Below, in pieces: positions 40,260 to 56,950 of a stretch of 64,000 nt of DNA; position 1 is the stretch's first letter; each line of letters begins with the position of its first letter. Under the pieces are notes generated by a model. The model was given only the letters and a program-made list of their open reading frames with translations, had not been told where the DNA came from and searched no databases. The position numbers and the translations under genes are program-made. Source of the DNA: the human T2T-CHM13v2.0 reference genome, Homo sapiens; NCBI RefSeq assembly GCF_009914755.1, contig NC_060939.1; one strand, written 5' to 3'.

Positions 40260-40819
40260 TAATTGGAAACTGGGACCCATTTTTTTCCTCTCATTAGCTC
40301 CCGTGAAAGTCTGGGCAAGTCTCATGGTTTCCAATGCAGAAATGAAGAAACGGAAGTTACAAGCAGGGAGGTGATGTGCCCAAGGCTGGGCAGAGGTTAG
40401 GGCCCTTCCCGCTGGGCTCCGTCCTCTGCAGCCCTTGTGGCTGGCCCAGCCCCTCATCACCGTGGCTCACAGCTTACTTCATGTCCAGAGAACCTACAAG
40501 GGGTATACCCCTCAGGGCAGTTCCCAGCGGCAGGGCCAGAAAGGGATTCTGGAACTCTGGAGGCTGAAGACACAGGTATCTTTATGATCTAGGTGAGGAG
40601 AAACCCTGGCCAGAGACAAGGGGTTGGATGAGATGACCTCTGAGGACATCTACAGCTGTAGAAGAGGAACCAGGTGTCAGACCCCACTTGGACCTTCGTG
40701 CTGCATTGTGCCTGAATAACCACACGAGGGCGCCCTCGCACCAACAAAGAAACATGCCTTCAAACGTTCTCCCAAAGCTAGAGCAAAGGCCCTTTCACTT
40801 TTTGTTACCTGTTAAGTTT

Positions 40820-42045
<1,226 letters not shown>

Positions 42046-42049
42046 CTGG

Positions 42050-43690
<1,641 letters not shown>

Positions 43691-43856
43691 CTGGACCACC
43701 CCAGACCCCCAGCTCTAAGAACACACCTACCTACGTTATGCTGCTCCACCTAATGGCTTTTGAACCATTGAGAGGAAGAAAGGAAGTGAAAAGAAAGAGC
43801 TATTTTTATAATTTTTTCATAGGATCCTGTTCTTATTTCATGATTATAATCTCATC

Positions 43857-44258
43857 TGTTAAATTAAGTGTATCCTAAAGGCATCTTCTTACATATTTTA
43901 AGTTTGACCTACAGGTTTCTCTGTACATAGTAAACTGCAGCCTAATTGGATGTGTAAACAGACTGTAACCTACTCTTGTGCCAATCACCAAGTTTTGGCC
44001 AATTAAAGATGGCCAACTGTTCAAACCATGTTTATATAAGGCAAATGCCAAGCTGTAACCAATCCAGCTGTTTCTGTACCTCACTTCCATTTTCTGTACA
44101 TCTCTTTCCTTTTTCTGTCCATAAATCTTCTTTGACCAAAAGATGATGCTGGAGCCTCTCTAAACCTATTCTGGTTCCAGGGCTGCCTGATTCATGAATT
44201 GTTCCTTGCTTGATTGAACTCTGTTAAGTTTAATTTGTTGAAGGTTTTTCTCATAGCA
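43857..44258 (+). mobile_element. MER57-like ERV1 solo LTR with 4-bp TSD
   Basis: TGTTAAATTAAGT...TAGCA; TSD CATC at 43853-43856 and 44259-44262; CCAAT boxes. Confidence 0.85.
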
Positions 44259-44269
44259 CATCTCATCTA

Positions 44270-45200
44270 TTTCTGGAGTAATAACAAGTTTTCCTTGTTT
44301 ATTTTGTAATTTCTTCCCTTGCAGAGCCTTATTCCTCCAAATTGCTCTATGTGTCTACATAGAGATCTTTCATGTTAGAGGCTGTCTTCAGCTGCCTGTG
44401 AATCTCTGGCTGTGGGCTCATGTGTGACGATGAGGAACGAGCCAGCTAGCTGGAAGTGGGTTGTCAACTGCCGGTGCCCCTGTAAGGAGGTCTGCCGGGT
44501 CACCTAGTTGGGGAGCTCCTAAGTCAGCATCCCTTTCTTTTTGAGGTGCTCAAATTCTTCAGGAAGGACTATTCCAGTCTCCTGCCTGAAAGGAGAAGCC
44601 TGGCTGCCAGGGCTTGGGTGGAGAATAGGGGTGGAGGGCTAGGAGGGAGGTGGTGTCAGCACCAACACGATACACTCACTCAATTCTCCAGCAGGTGATA
44701 TGGGACCTCTGCCCTCAACTTTTGCTGGTACCCATCTGTCAAGAGACCCTCCTATATTACCCCTTCAAGAAAATAACCCTCCAATCTTTGAGGGGAGTGA
44801 GAGATCTAGCTGTAGACATCAATTTATTTAGAGGTAGAGAATCTGAGATCTGTCTTTTTCTTAAACAGACTTTCAGTCAGTTCCCTTATTTAGCCCCTCT
44901 TCATTTCCACTTCCAGAGGCATCTGGAGCCTCCAGTTTCTGAGCCTTCTAAAAATTCTGAATGTAAGCCTGGTTGACTCTTGCTTTTCCCACTACTGGGT
45001 AAGTATTCAATTTTCTTGGGTTTCATTTACAGTGGCCCATCTGCTTTCCATCTTCCAATATTTTGTTGCTGTTGTTTCTTCTGCTTCCCAATCTTTACAG
45101 ATATATAGATATATTTTAAGCCACTATTTACTGTTTTTCTAGTGAGTTCTGAGAGGCAGCAAAAGTAGATGTGGTTGTTCAGTCATCTACTTTTCTAGTC
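44270..45200 (-). mobile_element. Ancient L1/HAL1-type 5' region
   Basis: T-rich; end 'gatgtggttgttcagtcatctactt' resembles the reverse of old L1 5' termini; very diverged. Confidence 0.4.
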
Positions 45201-45221
45201 CTAAGGACAGACTGACTCTTT

Positions 45222-46644
45222 AAAAAAATTTTTTTCCTTTTATTTTTACTTGACACATAATAACTGCACGTATCTATGGGACACAGAATGATATTTCAAT
45301 ACATACATACAATGTGTAATGATCAAATCAGAGTAATTAGCATATGCATCACTTTAAACATTTAGTCTTTCTTTGTGTTGTGAACATTCAAAATCCTCTC
45401 TTCTAGTTTTTTGAAAATATACACTAAATTATTGTTAACTGTGTTCACCCTACAGTGCTACAGAACCTTAGAAGGTATTCCTCTCTAGTAGTTGTAACTT
45501 TGTATCCATTAACCAACCTCTCCTCTACTCTTCCCAGCCTCTAGTAACCACAGTTCTACTCTCGACTTCTACCAGCTCATTTTTAAACTCCCACATATGA
45601 ATGAGAACTTGCAGTATTTATTTTTCCATGCATGACTTATTTCACGTAATGTAATGTCCTCCAGGTTAATCCATGTTGCTGCAACAGAAAGGATTCTATT
45701 CTTTCGTAGTTCAATATATTCCATTGTGTGTGCCACATTTATCCATTTATCTGTCCATGGACATTTAGGTTGATCCCATATCTTTGCTATTGCGAAAAGT
45801 GCTTCAATCCAGTAAACATGAGGGTGCAGATATCTCTTCAATATAGTGATTTATTTTCCTTTGGATAAATGCCCACTAGTGAGATTGCTGGATCATATGG
45901 TAGTTCTATTTGTAGGTTTTTGAGGAAGCTCCATACTGTTCTCCATTGTGGCTTTACTAATTTATATTCCCACGAACAGTGTGTAAGAGTTCCCTTTTCT
46001 CCACATCCTTGCCAGTATTCATTATTTTTTGTCTTTTGTTAGCATGATAGCCATTCTAACTTGGTGAAGTAATATCTCATTGTGGTTTTGATTTGCATTT
46101 CCCTGAGGATTAGTGATGCTGAGCATATTTTCATATACTTCTTGGCCATTTGCGTATCTTCTTTTGAGAAATATCTATGCAGGTTCTCTGATCATTTTAA
46201 AATCAGATTTTTTTTTGCTGTTGTGTTGTTTGAGTGCCTTGTATATTTGGTATATGAGTCCCTTACTGGATGAATAGTTTGCAAATGTTTTCTCCCATTC
46301 TACAGGTTGTCTCTTCACTGTGGATTATTTCCTTTGCTATACAGAAGCTTTTTTGTCTGATATATTCCCTCTTGTCAATTTTTGTTTTGGTTGCCTGTGC
46401 TTTTGAAATCTTACTCATAAAATCTTTGCCTGGACCAATGTCCTAAAGCATTTCTTCTATGTTTTATTCTAGTAGTTTTGTAGTTGTGGGTCTTACATAT
46501 AAGTCTTTAATCCATTTTGATTTGATTTTTGTATATGGTGAGATAGGAGTCTAGTTTCCTTCCCTTACATGTGGCTATCCAGTTTTCCCAGCACCATTTA
46601 TTGAAGAGGGTGTTCTTTCCCCAATGTGTGTTCTTTGTGCCTTT
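45222..46644 (-). mobile_element. 5'-truncated L1MA with TSD
   Basis: 3'UTR 'aatgtgtaatgatcaaatcagagtaattagcat'; ORF2 C-terminal remnants; TSD CAGACTGACT(C/T)TTT at 45208 and 46645. Confidence 0.92.
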
Positions 46645-46784
46645 CAGACTGACTTTTTGATTGCCATTTGTGTTCATCCCAGCTCCTCAGCTGGACTGTA
46701 AGGCTTTGGCTAGACATCTGGGAGAAACTTGGTACCTGTTTGTTGAACAGAAGTGTCCTTTCCACAAAGGATTTGGCCAGGAAG

Positions 46785-46845
46785 GGTCCTCCCAGCTCAG
46801 TGCCACCTCCTCCAGGAAGGCTTCCCTGACCACACCACCTGGAAA
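46785..46845 (+). repeat. 61-bp direct repeat, copy 1 (L2-like sequence)
   Basis: 60/61 identical to 50716-50776. Confidence 0.9.
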
Positions 46846-47139
46846 CACTTTGTCATTTAATCATTCCTTTAACATGCCACAAATTAAAGTGGCCCTAGCC
46901 AGGACATCCATCCCAAAGGCCTGCTGACGTCATCCTGTCCCTGGAGACCCTATAACCATCCCCAGGCTGCTTCTGAGCCCCGGGCAGCCTTCTTCAGGGT
47001 CATGATGGTGCCAAAGAATGGGCTGAGCTTTGGGGCAACCATGACTGCATTAGCTCCCAGCGTGACTACTCCCTTGTGTGCCCATGGGCAGGCTTCCAAC
47101 TGCCATGCCCACAAATGTAAGATGGGAATAATAAGTGCT

Positions 47140-47490
47140 GTTCTTCCCCTGCTCCTGTTTCCAAGTGTTTCTCAGCACCTGAGTGATTGCACGGGGGTCA
47201 CGTGACTCATTCTGGCCAATGGCTTCTGAGCAAAAATGATGTATGTCATTTCTGGGCTGGCTCATGTAATCACTGATGCAAGGCCCTCCAAGCCTTTTCT
47301 CTGCCATGGGGACCAGCCGTGTCTCTGATGGCAGCTGCTCTGCCAGTCTGGGTTGCAGAGTAAGAACAAAGAGGACATGGAACAGAAGTCCCCGCCAGCC
47401 TTCAAAAGTCATAAGTGAGAGACAAACCTGGTAGAGGCCATGGAAATGAGAGGTTGCTGGAGCATAACTTAGCTTCCTTCACTGACACAC
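47140..47490 (+). mobile_element. MLT1I-like LTR within a MIR
   Basis: 'cacgtgactcattctggccaatgg...gcagctgctctgccagtctggg...gcataacttagc...ctgacaca'. Confidence 0.65.
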
Positions 47491-48039
47491 CTGGTGGAGC
47501 TGTAAGGAGTCAGTGGTGACCTACGTGAACCCGCACAGGGCTCTGCCTGGCACTACGCAGGTATTCAAGAAATGTTATCTTGTTGGTGGCTCCAGGAGAC
47601 CTGAGAGGCAGAGACTGTGTGACTCAGGCAGATGTTCCACATCCAGACACAAGAGTCAAAGGTCACTGAGGGGATCGACAGTGGCTCCTCAGGGACAAAT
47701 AAATACACACTTATTCTGCTCCCAACTCTGGGCTGGGCTTAACCAATGGGTACTGTGCAACCGCCTCTCCGAGGAAGGGAGACTCTCACTGAGTTGATTG
47801 ATGGGCAGGGGAAAGGCGTGTGATGGGAAGAGAGGGCACGTGATGGCACAGGGGAGACTATGGGGATTGCAGGCTTGCCCCATCCCCACAGCAGAAGGGC
47901 AGTGGCGGAGACCTGGGTGAGTGGCAGTGCCCTTTCTGGCTTTTTAACACCTGACTGGAGCTCTCAGACGGGGTGTCCCCACCACTCCCTCACCCAACAG
48001 GCTGAGCACAGGCACCTGAAATTAGCCCCATCATCACCG

Positions 48040-48385
48040 TTAACTGGCAGTTTGACCCTGGGCCTCAATTTTCTCATCTGTAAAATGAGGATCATATACA
48101 CGCTTGCCCTGTATACCCCACAGGAGCCCTGTGAGACTCAAATATGAAAATGGGTATGACAGGCCTTTTAAAACATGGCAGTTCTTTGAGAATGCAAGTT
48201 TATCTCAGAGAGTTAAATCTTACCCTTCCCACGGAGCTGAGCAGAGCAGATCATTTTATCCCCATTTCAGAGACAAGGAAACAGAGGCACAGAGGTTAAG
48301 TGACTTGCTCAAGGTCCCACAACCGGTGGGTGGCAGAGCTGGGGTCACGATCTGGGTCCTGTGAGTCTGAATCTAGTCTCTGCTT
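48040..48385. mobile_element. Two MIR fragments
   Basis: 'ggcctcaattttctcatctgtaaaatgagg' and 'ggaaacagaggcacagaggttaagtgacttgctcaaggtc'. Confidence 0.7.
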
Positions 48386-49531
48386 CCCCAAGTCATCTCC
48401 CTACAAAAACCCCCATGGAAAGAAAATCTCTGTGGATCTGAGCCCACTGGAAACGACTTCCCCAGACCTCAGGATCCATTCTTCTGGAAGCAGGTGAGGA
48501 GACACGACCCACAGGTACAGATAGGAGTCCTGCCTGTGGCTAACCTGACGCCATGGTGTTCAGGGGACAGAGTGAAGCCCATCATGGCCCGAGGCTGGAG
48601 TTGAACAATATGGAGCAGAAACAGCTCACTGGCTGCACCTTCTCACAGTGTCAGGCTCTTTCTGATCATGAAAGTGGCCTTGCCCTCAATTCCAGATGCC
48701 GAGGAGCTGGGCGACTCACGGAGCCCTCAATCTACAGTTGTTAAACATGTCAGACCTCCATCTGCTTCCCAGTCTCAGCCTCTGTGCAGCCACCTGTGAC
48801 TACACCTTCCTTAGTCAAAAAGCAAGTCAATATACTGGGGACATTTGGTGGGTAAAAGCTGTTGAAGATGTTGGGGGGCTGTGTGCTTTTTCTGGCATCA
48901 GGATCAAGGTGACTAACGCAGGCATGCATAATCATGGGAACAACCCCTCCTACTTAGGCAGCCTTGATAGTCTTCAAACATTTTTGCACACATGATCTTG
49001 TTGATCTCTGCAAGTATTTTATAAGGTGGGGAAGACAGAAATATTCACCCTGGGGCACAGAGAGGCTTACGGGGGCAGAGACAACAAACAGGTGGAGCTC
49101 AAGCCATTCCTCAATTCCTTTGCTAGTGGCAGACATCATTAATCAATCATGCCATTCTTTCCAGTTCATCTGGGATGAGGCCTCAGAACGACTCAATACA
49201 ACCCTTCAGGCAGCCACTACCAATCGATTAAGGATTGCTATCCTAGGTGTAGTAGATGTCAACTATGTGATCAGCTGGGTGACCTTGGGCAATTCTTACT
49301 GGTCTTCCCAATGGAAAAACAGGAAGATGGACTAGAAGTCCTGTGTTTCTGTGGAATGGCCTGTTGATAAGTCCTGTTTCATCCTTCTTTGCTTCTTTCC
49401 ACACAGTGGTAGCTCAGTATCTTGCTACCTCTTGCATGGAATCCCTTGGTGGCCTCCTTTCTGGGCTCTAGTGCATTGTGGAAACTGTTGCCCGTTTACC
49501 CTTCTTAACATTGTCTGCTCAAGAACTTCCA

Positions 49532-49746
49532 CAGGGAGGGGAACATCACATGCCGGGGCCTCTCAGGGGGTGGGGGGTAAGGGGAGGTAAAGCATTAGGA
49601 CAAATACCTAATGCATGAGGGGCTTAAAACCTAGATGACGGGTTGATGGGTGCAGCAAACCACCACGGCACATGCATGCCTATATAACAAACCTGCAAGT
49701 TCTGCACACGTATCCCAGAATTTAAAGTAAAATAATAATAATAAAA
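49532..49746 (+). mobile_element. Severely 5'-truncated L1PA (3'UTR only) with TSD
   Basis: 'gcattaggacaaatacctaatgca...gggtgcagcaaaccacc'; TSD AAGAACTTCCA at 49521-49531 and 49747-49757. Confidence 0.93.
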
Positions 49747-50715
49747 AAGAACTTCCAAAGGCTCTCCATGCCCTTCCCAAGAGAGTCCCACTGCAGAGTG
49801 GCCATGCTCTGGCCCTTCTCCTCATCTCCAAGGAGATGCCAACTTGGCAACTCAATGCCAAGACTCCTCTTTACCCATCTCAGCTTTCAGCCAAAGGGCA
49901 CATCCATTTGTTCCTGTGTGTGGCCCACACTATCCCCATCCCACCCCCGGGCCTTTGCCCATGCTGTTCCCTGTGCCTGGGGGGGCCTGCCCTCACCACC
50001 ATTCCTCATGTCTGCTTCTCAAAGCCTCCTCCATCTTAAAGGCCGTCTTAGCCAATGCTACCACCTGCTTGACAACTTCAATGAATTTTCCACAACAGGG
50101 GGTACCCACTCCCTCCTCTAAAATATTAGTGCATTTTTTTTCTCTTTCCACATGCCTGTTCCTGCCCCTCCCTCAACCTTCTGACTTACTCACCTAGGAA
50201 ACTCCAGGTGACTCACAGCCAGCACTCTGGGCAACAAACAGGAGATTGGCCTTCCTTTCCAATAGCAGTCATGATGGAGGCATTTCCCGAGATCTACTAT
50301 GCACAAGATGCCAGGGTGGTGGGGAGGAGCATCTGGCAGGGGCTCTTGGCAGCCACTGGAGTTCTTTCTCCCTAGGAGGGATGCAGCTATCAGAGGGGTG
50401 GCTTTAGTTCTGAAGGGAGATGGGCTTTGCAATGTCTGCACTTCTGAGGGATATGAGGAGAGGGAAGAGAAAGACTGAGGCCAATGAGGGAACACAGCTC
50501 CTTTCTTCTCTCTAGAAAGCCCACGTCTTCCTCCTCTCCAGGAGCCGTCACTAACCATGCACTCTTACAGAGAACTTGCTGGAGAGAGTGAGGACCCAGA
50601 CCCTGCCTTAACCATAGGAACAAAAGTGACAGACACTCACAGGCCTTAGTGCCCGTGCTCAGGCTATTCCTACTATCGGGGCTGTACTTCCACTCCCTCT
50701 CCTCAACCCCTTCTA

Positions 50716-50776
50716 GGTCCTCCCAGCTCAGTGCCACCTCCTCCAGGAAGGCTTCCCTGACCACCCCACCTGGAAA
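50716..50776 (+). repeat. 61-bp direct repeat, copy 2
   Basis: 60/61 identical to 46785-46845. Confidence 0.9.
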
Positions 50777-51365
50777 TGGCCTGTGCGCGTGCACTTCCTT
50801 AGCCCTTTCACTAAGCCTCTGGTAGAGTATTCAGCCAGTCCCACCTCCCTGTCGTCACTTATGTTCAAGTGACGCTGCCATCACCTAGTTCCATAAGGCC
50901 TTTGAGGCTAAGGTCTGTTTCTGAGCCTCCCTGACTCCCCTGGGCCTAGACATGCTGACACATTGGGCACCCAGAAAAGTCTGCCGTGCAGAATGAACAG
51001 TGAGCACCAGGCGTGAGGCAGAGGCTCTGGAGGATGTCTCACGGTGTCCTTTCTGGGAATTTGCCTAACCCTTGCCCTACCTTCCAGGGGAAATGGCCTG
51101 GAAAAGCCAGCTGGGCCTCAGAGAGCAGGAGAAAAAGATTTTGGCATCCTCCGCTGCCCCTCCTGGCTGAATACCTTCATGCTGAATCCAAGGGAGTGAT
51201 CATAAAAACTGGAGCCTCCTTGACTTATTTCTAGGCCAAATCCAGGTGTCTGGGCTTCCCTTCATACCTGCTCTCACACCTGTGACACCAGTGGGCCTCA
51301 GGCTATTTCACCTGGAGTAGGGAGGGACCCAAGAAGATGCCAGCTGTGTGGCAGCCCTGGGTTAA

Positions 51366-52079
<714 letters not shown>

Positions 52080-52104
52080 TCCTTCTTTTAAAATGGAGCT
52101 AATA

Positions 52105-52730
<626 letters not shown>

Positions 52731-53559
52731 AGAGGAGCCAGTGAGAGCGCTTATCTTTACCTCATGGGGTTGTGGTGGGAATCAATGAGCAGATCCCACC
52801 ATCACTGGGTCCAGTGTCTGGAATGGAAAGGACACTTAATAAGTCCTGTTCCCTGCCTCCCAGTCCCTTCTCTCGGGAGGGGAGGCCAGGGTCCCTGTGG
52901 CTGAGGCTGCAGCGTGTGTCACAAGGCAGTGGCAGTGGCCCAGCTGCTCGCAGTGGAAGTAGTGAGCTCCCCGACAGAGGCAGTGTGCGAGTGGTAGAGG
53001 CCAGGCAACTACACGCGGTGGTGGATGTGGGCTCTGAGCTCCCTTCTCACCTGAGAGTTCAGACAGTTTCTCAGCTCGACCTGTCTTGCCCTACCCCGCC
53101 ACCATCTTCAGTGGCTGCACTAGGGTGTCCTGGTCATTCTGTCCTCTGCCAACCAGACCACGTCCGGGAGAACTCACAACACACCTCCCTGGGCCAGGCA
53201 GGCTGTAGGGACTACAACCAGCCTCCAGGAGCCTATGGTCAGGTGGAGGTGAGCGAGGGAAGGAACAGGGGCAGAAGCAATCAAGACAGGTGGCACCTCC
53301 TAGGTCCTGGGTTGGGGACAGAGCAGGGACAGGAGGAGCAAGGTGAAAAGAATGGCTAAAACCACAGGGCAGACAGGCATGGGCTCCATCCAGCCCTCTA
53401 GTCTCTGAGCTGGTCTCTTCCTCTGGAAAGGGACCTGATCATAGCACCTCTTCCATAGGGCTGTGACAATAGACGACACAATGCAGAAAGCGCTCAGAGA
53501 ACAGCAGACCCTCAACAAATGGTGATGGATGTCGATTGTTAGTTTTTGAGTGTTGAGTG

Positions 53560-53560
<1 letters not shown>

Positions 53561-53592
<32 letters not shown>
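53561..53592. repeat. (TG)16 microsatellite
   Basis: Perfect TG run. Confidence 0.95.
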
Positions 53593-53593
<1 letters not shown>

Positions 53594-54267
53594 TTTGTTT
53601 TTGACAGACAGAGTCAGAGAGAAGAGCCCAGTCCTCACCTCAGGAAGCTGGCATCCCTCTTGGGGCAAGATGTCTTCCAAACTGCCCTCCCCACAGCTCA
53701 GCCACCACCACTGTCCCCTCCCTTCTTCGGAGCAGGATAAGAAGCCCAGAGACCCAGATCCCCAGAACTTCTGTGAGCCCCTAAAGAAGTCCCCACTTCA
53801 ACAGTCCTCCTTCCCTGCACAGTCCTCCTTCCCTCTTCTCAGCCCAAGAAGAGCCCCCTCCCTGCCCATTCACCACAGAGGGTCTTTGGCTCTGCTGGCC
53901 TGCCAGATGTAAATGGAAAGCTCGCTCCATTTTCTTTGTCCCAGGGGAATTTACTCAATCATAGAAAGCTCTCAGTCAAGAGGAAACCTCTGCTCGTTGT
54001 CAGAAAGCAATTCAGAAGTGACAAATTCCCAGGAGTAGTATTGGAAACCCACCCCAGGACAGCCCCTGGCAGGTGACAGTGGAGAGTACAGTGGTAATCA
54101 ATTCTCTATTTAACTTTCTGTGAACACCCCCCAGTTCCCAGTCAGAAGCCAGGAGGGTATGGTTTAGGTGAGGTTAGGGTTCAAATGAGACTGGCCCCTG
54201 CAGTTTCCCACTGGCATGGTGACAATCATCGCAATGATTGTACAAGTAACACCGACAATAAGAAAGT

Positions 54268-54415
54268 TTATATCTTTCACCCACTTTTTGATTAGCTGGT
54301 TTGTCTTCTTGTTACTGAGTTGTAAGAGTTCATTGTAAATTCTGAATATAAGTACTTTCCTGGGCATATGTTTCACAAAAAAAAACAAAAAAACAAAAAA
54401 ACAAAAAAACAAACC
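54268..54415 (-). mobile_element. Short L1 ORF2-region fragment followed by a plus-strand A-rich tract
   Basis: 'tttcacccactttttgattagctggtttgtcttcttgttactgagttgtaagagttc'. Confidence 0.65.
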
Positions 54416-54419
54416 TAAC

Positions 54420-54640
54420 ACATATTGTGTACTTGCTGTGGGTTGCAACAGTGTTCTTAGTGCTTTGGCCTCAGTTAGCTCCCTCAATCTTTACCATGAT
54501 GAATGAAATAGACACTATTATTACTCCCATTTTACAGAGGAGGAAACTGAGGCTCAGAGGAGGGAAACCCAAGCTACATAGCTGGCACATGGAGCGTGAG
54601 ATTCCAGAGCCCACCTCACAGCCCCCCAGGTACAGTGGAT
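54420..54640 (-). mobile_element. MIR
   Basis: 'cccattttacagaggaggaaactgaggctcagag'. Confidence 0.75.
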
Positions 54641-54708
54641 AAAGGAGACAATCCCCTGCCTCAGACACCTGTGGGGGTCAAATGAACCAGTGTGTACAAT
54701 GGTACTTA

Positions 54709-55121
<413 letters not shown>

Positions 55122-55160
55122 TCAGCAAGGTCAAAGGAGGCCAAGAAAGGAGTGGGCTGA

Positions 55161-55430
55161 GTTGGAACCGGGCTGGACTTATTAAAACCAGTCAGCATTG
55201 CTTTGATCTGAACAGAACTGGTTTGATCCAGTTAGATTTAGCCAGAACCCCTTAGAACCAGTCAGAATTTGTTTTAAAAGGTCCAAATTGGTGTGATCCA
55301 GTCATATCATGTTAGAACCAGTTTACATCCTGAGATGATTGATGTTGGAACTGGCTTGGACTGGTTAGAAGCAGATTGAGCTGCTTTTGTGACTGGCTAG
55401 AAGCAGCCACTGGCTCTGGTTTTACACCAG
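55161..55430. repeat. Degenerate 10-bp-period tandem array (consensus ~GTTAGAACYR)
   Basis: In-register decamers from 55161 to 55330, continuing after a phase shift. Confidence 0.75.
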
Positions 55431-56489
55431 CATGCTTCAGTAATGTATTTATTCAAAGCTGGGTTGCAGTGGGATGAGATGTGAGTAGGAAGAGGGAAGC
55501 GGCTGTGGAAGGTTAGGGAGTTACAGCCAAGCTTGGCTCTGCCTGGGGAGGGCCTTGAACGCCGAGCTGAAGTGCATATGATGTCACGTCCATATTCAAG
55601 CCATACATAACCCTGTGGGGTGCTGCACGGGCCACATGCTGTAAATCAATTCAACTCTCACCCAGTGATTAATGGGAAGGAAGCTTTCATCACTTGTTCT
55701 GGGTAAGTTATTGCATATGGAAGCACATCTTTGATTTTATGAGTTCTTGCTGGAGCATGAAGTTTCTTGGAGGCGGTTCCCTGAGGAACGTGGAGCCCCG
55801 ACAGTCCCTGTTCTCCATCCCCTCCCCCCTCACAGATCCCACTCCCCACTTTCTCCTTGCCCACTCCTCCTCCTGCCCGGCTTTGTCTCTCCAGGAGCCT
55901 CTGCCGCACCTCTCCAGGCCAAAGGGCTCACCAGGGCTTGGAGGAAGGGCTGGGGGAGGCGGTGCTTGCTGCCACCTTCCGCTTAGGAGAACAAGGACTG
56001 ATGGTGCTTTGTAGACAACAGGTGCGAGGAAGGAGGGAGGAATGGCACAGGGCAGAGACCAACTTGCTATCCTGGACAAGATAGAATCCAGATAGTCCAA
56101 GCCAACCTACTGAGGGCAGGGACCCGAGGAGTGGAGCGGGGCCAGGACACCCAAGGGGCTTCCTGCAGTAGCTGCTCTACAATGCCATGGTGGCTCCAGA
56201 TGTGAGTCCAGTTAGAAATCCAGACAGTTAGAAATTCTAGAGAAGATCCTTTGAAATGCACATAGGTCAGACCCTCATTTTTCCCAGAGTCCCTGAGTGG
56301 GAGGGACTTGCCAGGCTACACGACCCAGACGAGAAGCTGCTCCAACCCCCAGTCCAGAGGGCTGCCTCCCTGAGGAAGTGATGTCTGTCTTTTGGGCTGT
56401 TTCATCCACCCTGCCTGCACCTGCAGGACTAGGCTGACACTTCTCAGAGTCCCTTGGAGACCTTGTGAGCTCAGATCACCATGACATTG

Positions 56490-56950
56490 AAGCACACGGG
56501 GCCTACAGGCTCTGGAGCCAGACAGACCTGAGTCTATGACCCTGCTTTACTAGCTGTGTGACCTTGGACAAGAGTCTTTGCCTCTCTGAGTCTTAGCTTA
56601 CTTGGCCACAAAATGGGATCATACTAGAAGTCAGCTCATGGCATGGTTGAGAAGTTTAAATGAACTCATATGCACAGTTGATGATATTGCATGTTCACCT
56701 AATGGTGGAATCAATAATATGTATTGTTAGCATTTATGATAATAATTATAACTATCATTGAGCCTTTGCCCTTGGTCATGGAGGCACTAGATGAGGACTC
56801 TGAAGACTTGTGTTAGAGTCCCTGCTCAGGCACTATCTCACTCGCTGTGTACCCTCAGTTTCCCCATCTTGAAAGTGGGGGTAAGTCCTTCTGCTCTGAC
56901 TGCCAAAGTAGCTATGAGAATCCAGAGATGTGAATGGACTTTGAAAGCTG
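56490..56950 (+). mobile_element. MIR fragments
   Basis: 'ggctctggagccagacagacctgagt...tactagctgtgtgaccttggacaag'; 'cctcagtttccccatcttgaaagtgggg'. Confidence 0.75.

Noticed and set aside
52772-53359. 195-aa ORF in unique sequence
   Set aside because: No recognisable domain, no ATG at the listed start and no convincing exon structure; consistent with chance in GC-rich DNA.
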